A stretch of DNA of 64,000 nucleotides from Tubulanus polymorphus (taxonomy: Eukaryota > Animalia > Nemertea). The DNA lies in contig NC_134027.1 in the NCBI RefSeq assembly GCF_964204645.1, positions 25,878,560 through 25,942,559 on the forward strand, read 5' to 3'. This document shows positions 1 to 12,734 of the stretch, one piece after another. Position numbers and translations under genes: made by a program. The first letter of the stretch is position 1. Every line of letters starts with the position of its first letter. Below the pieces are notes generated by a model that did not search any database, was not told the origin of the DNA, and saw only the letters and a list, made by a program, of their open reading frames with translations.

Positions 1-359
1 GATTGGAGCGTGGATTCCGCAATATTCTCGCTGTCGACGCGCCGTAATGATATTATGAATATATATGTCATTTTTGACCCGTGGATTAATTGAGAGAAAG
101 ATGGATGAATGTTTAGATTCGGCGACGGTAATCGGGTAATTTTAAGCTTGATTGTCTATGGAAATGAACGTATGATCGGTGTGGAGACTGTCGTCTGCTA
201 ACCGCTCGCTCGCTCGCTCGCAGTTCGTTAACATTCGACGAAAAACAAGCTTCCTATGAAACGCGAATAAAAGAAGAGGGAAAATAATGGAATGATTGAG
301 AACGCGCTTCTCGTCAAGTCATGACTATTATTTCCTATGGGTTCCAAGAACTCATCGAT

Positions 360-700
360 TCTTTAAAAACTGGAAAATGTTTTTGAAGGTGCTTGAAACT
401 CCTTTAATTTGAGCAAAATATCAAAAACTCATTTGCTTGAAACTTTTTCAATTTTGAGAAATAGATTATTAGACACTTTAGAACTTGTACATTAGACTAC
501 GCCTAAATCAGTACAGTTGGAACCGGGATCTTTTTGTTTCCCTATTTACCGAATTAGAAACTGAGTTTAGTAGTGGTGTCGATAATAAAACCGTGCTTTA
601 ACAACCACTAAATTACTCAGATAAACAGTACTATTCTACCATTGAGATATGAACGTTAAGGCGCTTCCTTGAAATATGAAATGTTCTCCTTTAAAACTCT
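360..700. repeat. Dispersed repeat (aaactcctt...aatttt family) with an internal segment also present at 5310-5490
   Basis: ttaccgaattagaaactgagtttagtagtg...gataaacagtac...attgagatatgaacgt recurs at 5372-5489. ggtgcttgaaactcc motifs recur at about 5270 and 7430. Confidence 0.6.
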
Positions 701-1559
701 TTGACAACTTATAATATATCCAAGAATGACCGATCTGTATGGACCCTGATATTATATATAAGAATTGTGGCTGTTAGTACGTGTAGGCTGTCGTGAAATT
801 TACTCACACTTCATTGAAATCGTATTTTGTCGCAGTAAAGTATATTTAGCGTGTGACACATGCAAAATGGTTACGTGTTTGATTAGATAATGAATATTAG
901 ACCTTGAGTCGGTCCGGTAGTTCTATCGTAAGCATTAGCGGGCAGTTCGATTTACGACTTAGATTGTGTCGTCAAGGCATCGCGATAAAATACTTCTTCA
1001 TATTCATATATCATTCTATATAAAACTCTCGAGACATCGACCGCGAGTCTATAAACAACAAACCGCTCCGAATAGTATAGACTTCATTTAAACAATCTTC
1101 CGATAAAAGAAACAGTATTTCTGTTTCTATTTCTGAACTTTTATTGTGATCTTCTTTTTCTGCCATCATTAAAAATTCGCAGATACCACACAATCACGTA
1201 GTCCTTACGGGTTTTAGAAATTTGTTCCTATTCCCTGAAAACGCTATGGAAATGTTGTTTTTTCCACTCTAATTATTTGTCCAAATGATTACTCCAAGGT
1301 CGACGGTATTGATAATTGGCATTTATTTACACCGAATGCGTTGCCAGTTCTATGTTGGCGATGTGTAACTCAGGGGGTATGAAAATTTTATAATCTGGAT
1401 ATGGAAAATGAAATTGGAAGACCCCGCAATCAGTTTATTCCAGTCGACCCGTGATATGCCGTTCAGATCGGGGATTCGTCACTCCGCTTCAAACGTTTTC
1501 CGTATATTTATAGATATAACTGTTTATTTTTGGGCATTTCTGCGTTGAATGTTTTTCAG

Positions 1560-1640
1560 TTGATGTCCGAAATCGAGAGGCTGGAAAAAGAACTGAAAGC
1601 TGGAAGCGAAGGAAACAAGGATTTCGTCAGCCAACTACAA
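1560..1640 (+). CDS. Internal coding exon of a coiled-coil protein gene (upstream exons not identified, probably outside the window)
   Basis: Acceptor gtttttcag| at 1559 and donor CAA|gtgcgt at 1641. The 81 nt encode LMSEIERLEKELKAGSEGNKDFVSQLQ (heptad-like). Its phase 0 end matches the phase 0 acceptor at 4120. Confidence 0.8.
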
Positions 1641-1711
1641 GTGCGTATAACACAAACGAGTGCATGCTTCGTGTGCCGTCATCACGCCTTCGTTAACGAA
1701 CTGAACCAACT

Positions 1712-1770
1712 ATATGATATGATATATGATATGATATGATATGATATGATACATGTATGATTTATTTCCA
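1712..1770 (-). repeat. (ATATG)n microsatellite, probable retroposon 3' tail
   Basis: About 8 ATATG units next to tttatt (AATAAA on the minus strand). Confidence 0.6.
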
Positions 1771-4119
1771 AGTAAAATTCTTACAAAATTAATGAATAAG
1801 AAAATTCGTTGAAAATGTAATAATATTAAATGAAGGCCTGCTTTGAAGCAACAGATAGCTTATACAAGAAAGCAGCCTTAGAAAAGAGAGCCATATACTT
1901 TTCGATATCAAAATTTTTGAACAAGGTCGAATTTTAACACACTCGATGTCAATATATTTAATCCTGTTGGGGCTTGATAAAAGTGCTCTTGCTATTTGTG
2001 GTCGCCACTAACTGACAGGCGAATGCGTGGTTTATTTATCGTCCTGGGCAAATTATATAAATCTGTGTGTATATGTGCCTTTAATGTGTACATGGATAAA
2101 TCTATAGTTGAATCTAATTAATCAGTTCGCGCGCGCGGAGCCGACCGACGATCCATTCACAGACGGAACAGTAGCATACACTTCGGACCGATCCATCTTC
2201 TAAAACTGCAGTAGTTCGTACGTCTGCGATTGCGAGAGCATTTCTGACGCAAATGATTAAAAACTGTCACACGAGACGCGGTTATTGGCGTGCGGTATTA
2301 GAACCGGTCACGTGATGTATATGTCGACCCGGCGAAATCGCTAACGATTCGCGATGACCGATTTTTTTTTTTATTTCGTAGAGATTCTTCGTATTATCAG
2401 CGATGCCTACAAATCGAATCAAAAATATCAAATCAACTTTATCGAACCGTAACGATGCACAAGTTAATATATATAGTCTTGGATAAACACAATTATAATG
2501 AAAGAAACAGAAATAGAGGGGAAAATATGGTTACAAGCATCCATTTATATATTTAGATAGTTCAAGCAGAGAAAATTTCAAAAGAAGTGTCTTTATGGAG
2601 TATATATGAATTAAGTCTAATTCACATAGTTCATATCAGTGTTTCTTCGATGTGAATATTTTCGGCGGTTAAGCGGGATTCGAAGTCCTCCGGGTTCGAA
2701 GTCTTCTATGGACGTATTGCATTCAAGACAGCGACCGGTTGTTTCTTACAGACACCGACAACTCGGTCGGTGCCCTGTCCTGTCAGTTCGTGTAGATTTA
2801 TTGACAGTCAATTTCATTACAAATCTTTTGATTATTAAGTCATTAAGCTCTCAAAACTACTATAACGGCTCCATCGATCACAGCCAGTTTGGTATATTCT
2901 TTCGTACGACAGAACCAGTGTCTATATTTATTAGAAAGATGTATATCTCGCTTTTGTACGTTATTTCTTTCCTTTTTGTCATTGCGCTAACAAAGTTTCG
3001 AATATGATCCGGGGAATTCGCTGTCAGTGGCACAACACGGGTTTAAACCCGAGCTCTGTTTATCCGGCTGTCTTTAATTTCATTGCGAGTCTCGTCTTTA
3101 ATTAGACATGTTTCCCTCGGCGCCCCGGTCTTTCGCCGGCGCAATTTCGGGATTAATATCTTCTTGTTCCGCGCCATAATTTCATTCACTGTCGGAATTA
3201 ATTTTCTGTTTGTTATTGATCACCCTCAGACGAATACGACTTAAAGGCTTTTCTCGTCCGCAAAACAAGGCCAAGGTCAAACGTATATCAATGGCGGCGC
3301 GTATGATATTAATTACGTACATTGAATCATTAACCTGAAAGCACCGGTCAAAAACTGGTTACCACGGCAACGGTCATCTCTCATCCGCTGCCGCTGATGA
3401 TGATGATGACGCAGTTGGTTTTATTTCGACGACTGGTTTATCTTTGATCCGTTAACGACCTCGCGGGACTGGAAGGTGGTCGTGATGATATTAACTGCTG
3501 ATCGCTGGTGTGAAAAAAAAAAAGCGAAAGTCAATGGATTTTAATGACGGGTTTTCTATGCAGCGATCTCTTGACGGTTAACGCTCGCCATTATTCTTAT
3601 TCTGACAGCTGTTTCTGATGCCCAACTGAGATCGTGGCATTAATGTGATTTCTATTGGGACGATCCCTATCTTCCCCTGCTACGGTTGTCGATACGGCCG
3701 AACCGAGTCGTTACAACGGACTTCACAGGGCATCGGAAAATCGATTTCATTATAACCGATACTTCACTGTTGTATCCAGTATGAAATTATTGAAATCGTC
3801 CTGTTCGGGACGAAATGATGAAGAATGTTGGTCCTTGGTTGAATATGAACGAAACGCTGTCTCGCACGTCTTACATGGTCGCCGCCATTTTAGTTTAATT
3901 CTAGGTTTATTTAGCCAATAAATTCTCGACAATGTAATATCTGAGGTTCGATTGTATAAGGAATGTTTAATCTTTGGTTTAACCGTTTTCTATACTTAGT
4001 AATTTGGTTGCAATTCACCCGCACCTTCCATATCGATGTTAGCATTAAATCTGGATACTTTCATTGATACAACATTTCCCTTATCCGTAGTCAGCTCATT
4101 TCGTTTCACTATTTTTCAG

Positions 4120-4842
4120 ATGTTGACTCTAAAATCTGAGGGTATCGAACAAGAAAATGAACGAATGACGGAAGAGATTCGTAATTTAGAGCAGATAAAC
4201 TCGACTCAGTTGATGGAAATAGAAAAACTGACGAAAAATAACATCGGCTACAAAAAACTGTCCGACGAAGTTGATTTGTTGGCGCAGAAAAACCGGGAAC
4301 AACAGCTGAAAATCGACAAACTAGAAAAACAGCTGAACGACTGCAACGACGAGGAGCAGCGTAAACTAGTGGACCTGCTGAAAACAAAACTATCGAAACT
4401 TCACAAAGAGAAATTAACATTCACTGAGAAAGAAACCGATTTCGCGAGGATTATCGACGAACTCAGAGCCGAGGTCGAAACTTTAAAAGCGCATATCGGC
4501 CGATTCGAAGCCGATAAGTTACAGCTGCTGATGGAGTTAGAATTCGTGCACGGACGCGTTCGCGATTTAGAATCTCAGCTGGTGAAGTATCAGTCGGTCG
4601 AACGCGATCGTAACTTCAAGGATTTCGTCGCCGTAAAACGCACTGTGAATCTATTGAAAGACGAAAACGACGAACTGAAACAGAAACTGGTGACGAAGTC
4701 GAAATCGACGAGCATGCTGCCCAGTTTGAAGGGCACCGAGTCGGGTTATAGTCGAGCGAATTCTCGCCGGGATTCTCTTCACAGACAAGAGCGTAAAGGC
4801 AGTACGGCTAGTAATAACGCTTTACAACTTTACAGAAAATGA
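4120..4842 (+). CDS. Terminal coding exon of a coiled-coil protein gene
   Basis: Acceptor ttcactatttttcag| at 4119, in frame with ORF 4036-4842. About 240 aa of E/K/L/Q-rich heptads (MLTLKSEGIEQENERMTEEIRNLEQ...) end in an S/R/K-rich tail and TGA. The ORF part upstream of 4120 reads as intronic. Confidence 0.88.
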   Translation: MLTLKSEGIEQENERMTEEIRNLEQINSTQLMEIEKLTKNNIGYKKLSDEVDLLAQKNREQQLKIDKLEKQLNDCNDEEQRKLVDLLKTKLSKLHKEKLTFTEKETDFARIIDELRAEVETLKAHIGRFEADKLQLLMELEFVHGRVRDLESQLVKYQSVERDRNFKDFVAVKRTVNLLKDENDELKQKLVTKSKSTSMLPSLKGTESGYSRANSRRDSLHRQERKGSTASNNALQLYRK

Positions 4843-4987
4843 GACGACAATTTACTAAACAACTCGATGAAACGCTCTCGATCAGTTCGTGTTGAAACGA
4901 TAGCGTACAATCCAAAAATCGAAATGAAAGAATGAAATAGAGTCCGAAATAGAACGATTACCACACTCAAACGTGGTGAACGGATAA

Positions 4988-5165
4988 TAAGATAAAATCC
5001 CACTATCTACAAATTAAAAGAATTTTAAAAAAAAGAATCTGAAACACACCTGACGATGATCTCTAGGGTGAAATCGAAACGTCGTGTATTCTATATATTT
5101 TAGATTGAATAAATAAATTCTTGTTTTTAAATTCTTTTAATCTGTAGATAGTGGGTTTTATCTTA
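4988..5165 (+). mobile_element. Fold-back element (hammerhead family 1), Penelope-like terminal-repeat remnant
   Basis: Arms taagataaaatcccactatctacaaattaaaagaattttaaaaa and tttttaaattcttttaatctgtagatagtgggttttatctta are reverse complements around a hammerhead-like core. Homologous copies at about 39395-39595 and 59595-59720. Confidence 0.7.
5046..5087 (+). ncRNA. Minimal type I hammerhead ribozyme motif
   Basis: ACAC-CTGACGA-T-GATCTC(TAGGGT)GAAATC-GAAA-CG-TC-GTGT. Stem I is ACAC/GTGT, the CUGAnGA and GAAA boxes are intact, stem II has one mismatch, stem III is the palindrome ACGU, and the cleavage triplet is GUC. Confidence 0.65.
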
Positions 5166-5543
5166 GGAGTCCGAAATGTTTCCTTGTGCAGATATTATTC
5201 TGAGTCTCTACAAGTCTCAGTCTCCTTGATCCTTCTGAACTCCTTCTGAACAGAAATTGCTTTTAAAGGTGCTTAAAACTCCCTCAATTTTAAGGAATGT
5301 AGTTAGTATAGTTGTACAGTAAACTACTCGGTACATTTGGGACCTGGATATTTTTTTGCCCAATTAGGCGCTTATCGAATTAGAAACCGATTTTAGTAGT
5401 GTTACGAATACAAATCAAAACCACCGAATTTATGGTTGGATAAACAGTACCGATTTGGGAGGAGTCTTTAGTAATTGAGATATGAACGTGATGTCGAAAC
5501 TCCTCAAAATTTAATTCACATTCACACTTGATATTAAAGTGTC

Positions 5544-5612
5544 ATTCCTGAGGATGACTATTAAGATATAGTCGAAACTATTAGCTCAATTCGGACTCTA
5601 TTCTTCATTCAC
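5544..5612 (+). mobile_element. Hammerhead family 2 fragment (Penelope-like remnant)
   Basis: attcCTGAGGAtGACTATtaagatATAGTCGAAAC followed by tagctc...ttcggactc. An opposite-orientation piece gagtccgaaatgtttccttg lies at about 5168. Confidence 0.55.
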
Positions 5613-5829
5613 TTTTGAGAGCAAAATCGAAACCAAACAACCACAACATTCATCCTTCGAATGTCTATTTACATGAAATCATAACTACATACATTCGATG
5701 TATAAGAGATGTATTATGAGATACATAATATTGAAGATTTAACACAATCCACAATCCCCACTGGTTAGTCCACAATCCACACTGTGGTTAATCCACTATC
5801 CTTCATATCGATATATCTGATCAGTTTCG

Positions 5830-7320
5830 TTGCAGATGTTATATATTGTGTTCTATGTGGTTTGTTGCATTAAACAAACATCCCTCCTTGTGTGTCAACA
5901 TCTACCTATACAGTTATCTATGAGTACTGTTGTAGAAAAACACAAATCCTTGTGAGTCGACATCGACGCCTCAGATGTTATATACAGTAATCTATGTGAT
6001 TTGTTGCAGTAAACAAACACCCTTCTTGTTAGTCGACATCGACGCCTCAGATGTTATATACAGTAATCTATGAGGTTTGTTGCAGTAGACAAACATCCAT
6101 CCTTGTGAGTCGATATCGACGCCTCAGATGTTATATACAGTAATCTATGAGGTTTGTTGCAGTAGATAAACATCCATCCATGTGAGTCGATATTGACGCC
6201 TCAGATGTTATATACAGTAATCTATGAGAACGGTTACAGTAAATAAACATCCGTCTTATGTGCCGACACCTGTCTTGTGAGTCGACATCGATGCCTCAGA
6301 TGTTATATACAGTAATCTATGTGATTTGTTGCAGTAGATAAACATCCATCCTTGTGAGTCGATATCGACGCCTCAGATGTTATATACAGTAATCTATGAG
6401 AACGGTTACAGTATATAAACACCCGTCTTATGTGCCGACACCTGTCTTGTGAGTCGACATCGATGCCTCAGATGTTATATACAGTAATCTATGAGGTTTG
6501 TTGCAGTAAACAAACACCTGTCTTGTTAGTGGACATCGACGCCTCAGATGTTATATACAGTAATCTATGTGATTTGTTGCAGTAAACAAACACCCGTCTT
6601 GTGAGTCGACATCGACGCCTCAGATGTTATATACAGTAATCTATGTGATTTGTTGCAGTAAACAAACACCCTTCTTGTGAGTCCACATCGATGCCTCAGA
6701 TGTTATATACAGTAATCTATGTGATTTGTTGCAGTAGACAAACATCCATCCTTGTGAGTCGATATCGACGCCTCAGATGTTATATACAGTAATCTATGAG
6801 AACGGTTACAGTAAATAAACACCCGTCTTATGTGCCGACACCTGTCTTGTGAGTCGACATCGATGCCTCAGATGTTATATACAGTAATCTATGAGGTTTG
6901 TTGCAGTAGATAAACATCCATCCTTGTGAGTCGACATCGACGCCTCAGATGTTATATACAGTAATCTATGAGGTTTGTTGCAGTAGATAAACATCCATCC
7001 TTGTGAGTCGATATCGACGCCTCAGATGTTATATACAGTAATCTATGAGGTTTGTTGCAGTAAACAAACACCCTTCTTGTTAGTGGACATCGACGCCTCA
7101 GATGTTATATACAGTAATCTATGTGATTTGTTGCAGTAAACAAACACCCTTCTTGTGAGTCGACATCGATGCCTCAGATGTTATATACAGTAATCTATGA
7201 GTACGGTTACAGTAAATAAACACCAGTCCTTGTGAGTCGACATCGACGCCCCAGATGTTATATACAGTAATCTATGAGGATGGTTACAGTAAACAAACAT
7301 CCCTCCCTGTGTGTCGACAG
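5830..7320. repeat. Tandem array, 76-77 bp unit, 17 clear copies plus degenerate edge copies
   Basis: cagatgttatatacagtaatctatg recurs from 5972 to 7252 at 76/77 bp spacing. Three units are 95 bp because of an ~18-19 bp insert (atgtgccgacacctgtctt). Confidence 0.95.
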
Positions 7321-9453
7321 CGAAACCAGTTGGTCATACCCACCTTCTTTCCTACTGCTGAGGTCACTTTTAAATGTAACAGAATCTCTACGACTCATTG
7401 ATTCCTTAAAAACTCCTTCTAAACTAAAAAGGTGCTTGAAAATCCTACATAAAAATATTGAAAATTTTCTCCTTTACTTCTCATTGAAAACTCCTTATAT
7501 CGACGAAGGACTGTTCCCTAGAGTACTGTCTGATTTTACTGAGATTTATTGATATGAAGGCTTCCTATCGCATTCAATGCCAGTCCTTGGTACCTGAAGA
7601 CCTATTCGGGGCGATTCTTTGTAACATCCTAAAATCGCCCACCTCCTCCGGTCCTGTTGTCTCCTTTTGAAGGCAGATTACATATAACAGTAGCTTTGGG
7701 CTTTCTCATTATAAAGCCTTTTGACTTCCTCAGAATATATTTAAGATGTTTAAGTGTAGCTATACAAAATTTGACCAAAAAATATCGCACTACTTCGGAC
7801 CATGAGGAAATGACGAAGACCTCGAAGAAGGATGAATATTGTTGTGTTTGGTTTTGGCTGTTTGCATAAATCTATCGATACAGAGCATATCGCTGTTCGA
7901 TCTTCAGAAATTGATGTTAAAAAAAATTTGTGAAATTAATTTTGTACAATGAGTTTAGTTGCACAGTTTTGAGTCCTGAGATTTAACTAGATCTTTCAGT
8001 TCAGATCAGTTCATTTTCGAGTATTCAACTCATAACTGTGAAATTAGATCTAGCAATTTTACTTTATTTTACGGAAATGCATTTTGCGTCGATTTTGTCT
8101 AGTGAACGAAACGATGTGAGAAAAAAATTATTTTTGATATATCTTTACCGCGGAGCATCGATAACAGCTGATATATTCCAGTTCTACAACTCTTCTTCAA
8201 AAATCAATTCATACGATATAAACGCCCACTATGGTTTCACACCTAACGATGATTTCTAGTGACATTTCGACATTTCGAAGTCCTCTGCTTTTAAATTCTA
8301 AATCGTTTAGATAATAAATTTGTTTTTTCTTTTTTAATTTTTACACAGTCGGTGTCTATTGTATAATCTTTTACCCGCTTTTTAATTATGACTGTTCTTC
8401 AAAATTCATTCTTAACATGTTTCTTACTTATGAAAGATGCATTCTTTTAAATGTCAGTGTTATTTATCCGTCCATTTACATGAAATGTACAAACTTTACT
8501 CTAAATTGTATATTTTTGCAGATAGTTTCAGATATAGAATTATTGTAATATGATTTACATTTTGATTTATTTCTTTGTGGATTTTAAATGAATCGGTCTA
8601 GTGTTTGTGGGATTGTTTCATGTTAAGGACTGCAGCAGAGTTGGACTCTAGTGTTGTACCCTGTAAAGGTCATCACGAATGACACGACGACTGTTGTCGT
8701 ACAACGCGTTGATAGAAAGTGATTAGTTAATGGATCATGTCGCCGAGATTTAGGAACTGGCACCAGCAGCGTAAGTTCTGATAAATTAATTAACCCTAAG
8801 TCAACCCACACGGACACGCATTAAACCATTAGCCGCCGTGATGTACACGTTCATATACGTGTATGTATATCCAACTCCTGAAGACACGAATATATCTGAT
8901 GTTTCCTTTTACCAACAAATGCGTTGATTAAGCGTCATTAGATGAAAACAAAAATACATCACGCGCTAAGAAAGAATTAAATACTCTTCGAGCCACCCGT
9001 TCTTGCGGCTTGGATAAGCTGTATCGTAGAAATTGATTTATCCAAATTTCGCTATCAAACCCCATGTTTCGTTCCTGGTAGGTGTGTCGAGTTCGTAGGG
9101 GACACGCCAAAATATCATCTCTATTTTAATATCAAGATAAGATGACGTTTTCCATTTCAAAAAAGCCGCGTGTTTATTTTCAGTTCGGAAATTTATCACC
9201 AGTCGGCGTTAGTGAATATCTAAAATGGATCGGTGATTTATCCATTCAATTCAGATATAAACGAATACAATTTCTAGTTCTATATTTTTATCGTAATCGG
9301 GGAAATAGTGGTTGCTTGCGTAAATTAACAATTTGCATCGTCAGGCGAAATGTAAAATTCCGTCCGAATTTTCCAGACGAATTGAACTGAAATACGTTCT
9401 AACTTGACATACTAGTAGCGAATTGAACACGATGTGTTTATTAAGTCGACCTG

Positions 9454-9599
9454 GCCTCCTTAGTCTTTTGACTAACAAAAACATAATCATTTCCTGACGC
9501 CCTAAGGTTTTTTCGTATCTTTGCTTAGGACTTAGCTAATCTCCGACCGATTTTGCCAGTCCCAGTTCGTTCGAGTGAGACTAGATTTACGACGGAGGT
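9454..9599. mobile_element. Short MITE with CTG target duplication (Harbinger-like)
   Basis: [ctg]gcctcc...ggaggt[ctg]; short imperfect TIR. Confidence 0.45.
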
Positions 9600-10483
9600 C
9601 TGTTATAGTCTTCACTACACTGCACATTTCTGTTTTTTTTCTCGTATTGTAACCAGTTATATTTCTGCGTTTTTAATTGTTCTCAGTAATATCATCGTTA
9701 GTATTATCGTTATGAAGTTTAATTTATATGAAGCAATTACAAACGCACGGATTGCACTGTGTGAGAGAGAGAAAGGGGTACTAGAAAGAACCGCTGCGGC
9801 ATGCGAGCATCGGCGGGTATGAAGGATCAATAGAAAATGCGGATAAAACTGTCGATTCGGCGGGCGCTAATGCGACAGCACGGGTCAAACTTTTATCAGT
9901 CGAAACCACTTACACGGGATTAATTATTGAACTCTTGTTCAATAAGCCGAACGCGGCAATGATTGAGCACTTCCCATCGCGTTCTCTCAGACACCAGCTT
10001 TCACTCGCTGCTTCCCTATACTTCAGATTAAGACTCGGCTCGCGACTCGGCGCTGGTTTTTCTTTGCCGTGCCATTTCACAATCCGCGCACAACGCGCAC
10101 ACACGAAGCAATAATGAGAATTGACGTAGTTCTGCCGAGGTGCTGACACTTCCCTTAGATAAATGCTAATTTCATATTTTGCATTAATTGCAGAGACTTA
10201 GCGCCGTGTCTCGGGTTATCGGTATTAATGTTCTTAGCTCTGCCATTAAGTTAAGTGCATATCACAATCTCTCGCCGGCTCATCTCGGAGTTTGACGCCT
10301 CGCGAACTGAAAAATACTGACGCGAATGAGAAAATACATAATCACATTAATGCACTGGAGGAGGATTTTTATTGATAAAGTGTTGTTTGTTAGACGTAGA
10401 ATAAGACTGATTACTAACCTCCCAGATCAAACACTCTCATATACCTGATATACCTATAGAAACGAAAACAATACGCGCGGAAT

Positions 10484-10765
10484 AAGGCAAGTCCAACGCA
10501 CACGACGCAGGGAAACACGGAAACAGGAGACAAAATCATGTTTCCCAGCGTTTCCCTGCCTCGTTTCCCTGCATGTTTACGAGAAACAGGCTTTCGGGAA
10601 ACAATGTTTCCAAGATAGAACATGTTTGATTCCGTGTTTCCGTGTTTCAGTGCGTCGTGTGCGTTTACGAGAAACGAGAGAAACATGGTTTCCGGAATTG
10701 ATATTTTAGAGATCAAACAGTCATGTTTGATTCCATGTTTCTGCATTTCCGTGTTTCCCTGCGTT
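10484..10765. mobile_element. MITE family rich in GAAACA/TGTTTC repeats
   Basis: cacgacgcagggaaacacggaaac...tttccgtgtttccctgcgt; homologous to 33400-33560 and 57041-57318. Confidence 0.8.
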
Positions 10766-10987
10766 TAACTAAGACATTTATGATTTTTCAAAGATTTGAT
10801 AATATGATGTATATGAAGATAAAGTCCATATGTCAGTCTCACCGACGTTGTTGGTGTCTCAGAAAACGAACAGATCTAATCTACACATCCGAATTGCGAA
10901 TAAGGTTCTCATGATCAGAAGAAAGTTTTATACTATACAAAAATTAACACGTTCAGTCGCCGATTCACTGTAATATCTATCATACTG

Positions 10988-11083
10988 GGCCCAGTTCCAC
11001 AGTTCTGAGTTAAGATCTGACTCTGGGTTAAAACATTGAACTAACTTTAACTCAGAGTTAACTCACAACTGTGGAACTGGGTC
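10988..11083. mobile_element. PIF/Harbinger-type MITE family B (GAGTTAACTC-rich)
   Basis: [ctg]ggcccagttccacag...ctgtggaactgggtc[ctg]; TIR plus 3 bp CWG duplication. Confidence 0.85.
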
Positions 11084-11116
11084 CTGGATAACAGTGAACT
11101 ATGACCAAATATTCTG

Positions 11117-11224
11117 GACCCAGTTCCACAGTGGCGTGTTAGAGTTAACTATGAGTTAAAGTTAGTTCATTTTCAATGAGTTAACTCAGAGTTAAATCTT
11201 AACTCATGACTGTGGGTCTGGACC
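11117..11224. mobile_element. MITE family B, second copy in opposite orientation
   Basis: [ctg]gacccagttccacag...ctgtgggtctggacc[ctg]. Further degenerate copies at about 21510-21670, 43790-44025 and 62295-62400. Confidence 0.8.
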
Positions 11225-12152
11225 CTGGTGCCCTAACGTTCATTGTAACGAGATTCCAGTATTTTTTTTATATAAATCTCGGGCACCGGGGTATCTGTGA
11301 CGTATTATAATCTCAACCGATAGTAATTACATTGAATGAGATAAACACCATCCCTAGTATGGAAATGTTACGTATATGAAATATTCGCAGGAGACAGAAA
11401 GTCAGTAATGATAATTTATGAGAGTGTTTAATTTGCTTGTGGCCACGGCCGCCGCGCACTGACTGCCGCTGCCGCTGCCGCTGCCGCTGCTGCTAGCTGG
11501 ATGGATGGATGTATGGATGTCCGTGCGGAGGGTTTTCTCTATAAACCGCCACGTAATTAATCAACGACGCCGGCGCAAACAAAAAATCCGAAAGACGAAT
11601 TTTGACAGTAAGCTCATAAAGTCTGACAGTGTCGGTGGACGCATGAGAAATTCTTGATGAGTCTGCGCGAGAGCGGCAAGAATTATGAAGTTATGAAGAC
11701 TTTTGTATGATGCGTATACAGAGCGCTAATTCGCGGGCAAATAAGATCGGCGGATGTTGACCAAGCGAGTAATACCAAAAGGCGCAGCGTGAGTCAATGA
11801 TCTTGCCTGTCATAACATAATACATGATCAAGTCGGGAATAATATGCACACGACTTATGGCCGTCATTCGTTACCGGAATGATAAAAACGGCTGTCGATT
11901 AATTCATCGGTTTGTATACGAAGAAATGAAATTGTAATTTGTTATGCGTCGATTGGTTTACCAGCGGGGACAGGGGTCGGTATTGAAACGTATACCGGCG
12001 CGTGGTGCCCGTATTTGATCAGCGAGGAATGGTCACGATCCGGAGACAAGGTCACAAATCTTAGCGTCCATTGTGGTTGTATGTACCCGATAGATAGCAT
12101 GAATAATATGAATATATACATGAGAATATATACACTATGGAACTGGGCCCTG

Positions 12153-12290
12153 GGGCCGGTTGCATAGTCATGGCTTAGACTTAAGACCAGTCTAAGACCA
12201 ACTTAGTTCTATAGCCAATCTAACAACTTAAGACCAGTCTTAAGATTTAAGACCACTTTTGGACTTAAGTCACGACTGTGCAACTGGCCC
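12153..12290 (+). mobile_element. PIF/Harbinger-type MITE family A (contains one 47 bp unit)
   Basis: [ctg]gggccggttgcatagtcatg...cacgactgtgcaactggccc[ctg]; internal taagaccagtctaaga...ttagttctatagccaatctaacaact. Confidence 0.9.
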
Positions 12291-12734
12291 CTGGGTCTGT
12301 TGATGCTTGTGGTGCCATGCAAGAACCAAACAAAGGAAAAATGAATGGCAAGATTTTCGGTTGGCAGCAAGTTGATGGGTTTGTAAAGAAGACCAAATCA
12401 AATCAAGTCAAATCAATCATTCAAATAGATTAGAACGAAGGACAATAATATATATTTCAAGATGAGAAATCACAAATAAGCGCCACCTTGCGGTCATGTC
12501 GTGCATTGAAAATCTAGATTAATTTTGGGGTAGGTACGCGTAGGCTATCGCGTGGTTCGGGGGGGGGGCTGTTGGTAGAAAACATCAAATTGCATTTCGT
12601 CATATAACTGATTAGTAGGGCATGTACAGCAGTGATACTCGTGCCATTGTAACTGTCATAACGGTATAATTGATAGGTTTGCCTCTCATTTGACACCGCA
12701 TCTGCATATCTAAAAAATATAATGATAACTGCCA

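Noticed and set aside
4036-4119. N-terminal part of ORF 4036-4842 as coding
   Set aside because: Pyrimidine-rich sequence ending in a canonical acceptor; coiled-coil character starts at 4120.
5950-7280. CRISPR-like look (constant ~36 bp plus ~40 bp variable part)
   Set aside because: The variable parts are near-identical variants rather than unique spacers, there are no cas genes, and the context is eukaryotic.
8657-8680. taccctgta, resembling the miR-10 5' end
   Set aside because: Only the first 9 nt match, and no hairpin partner was seen.
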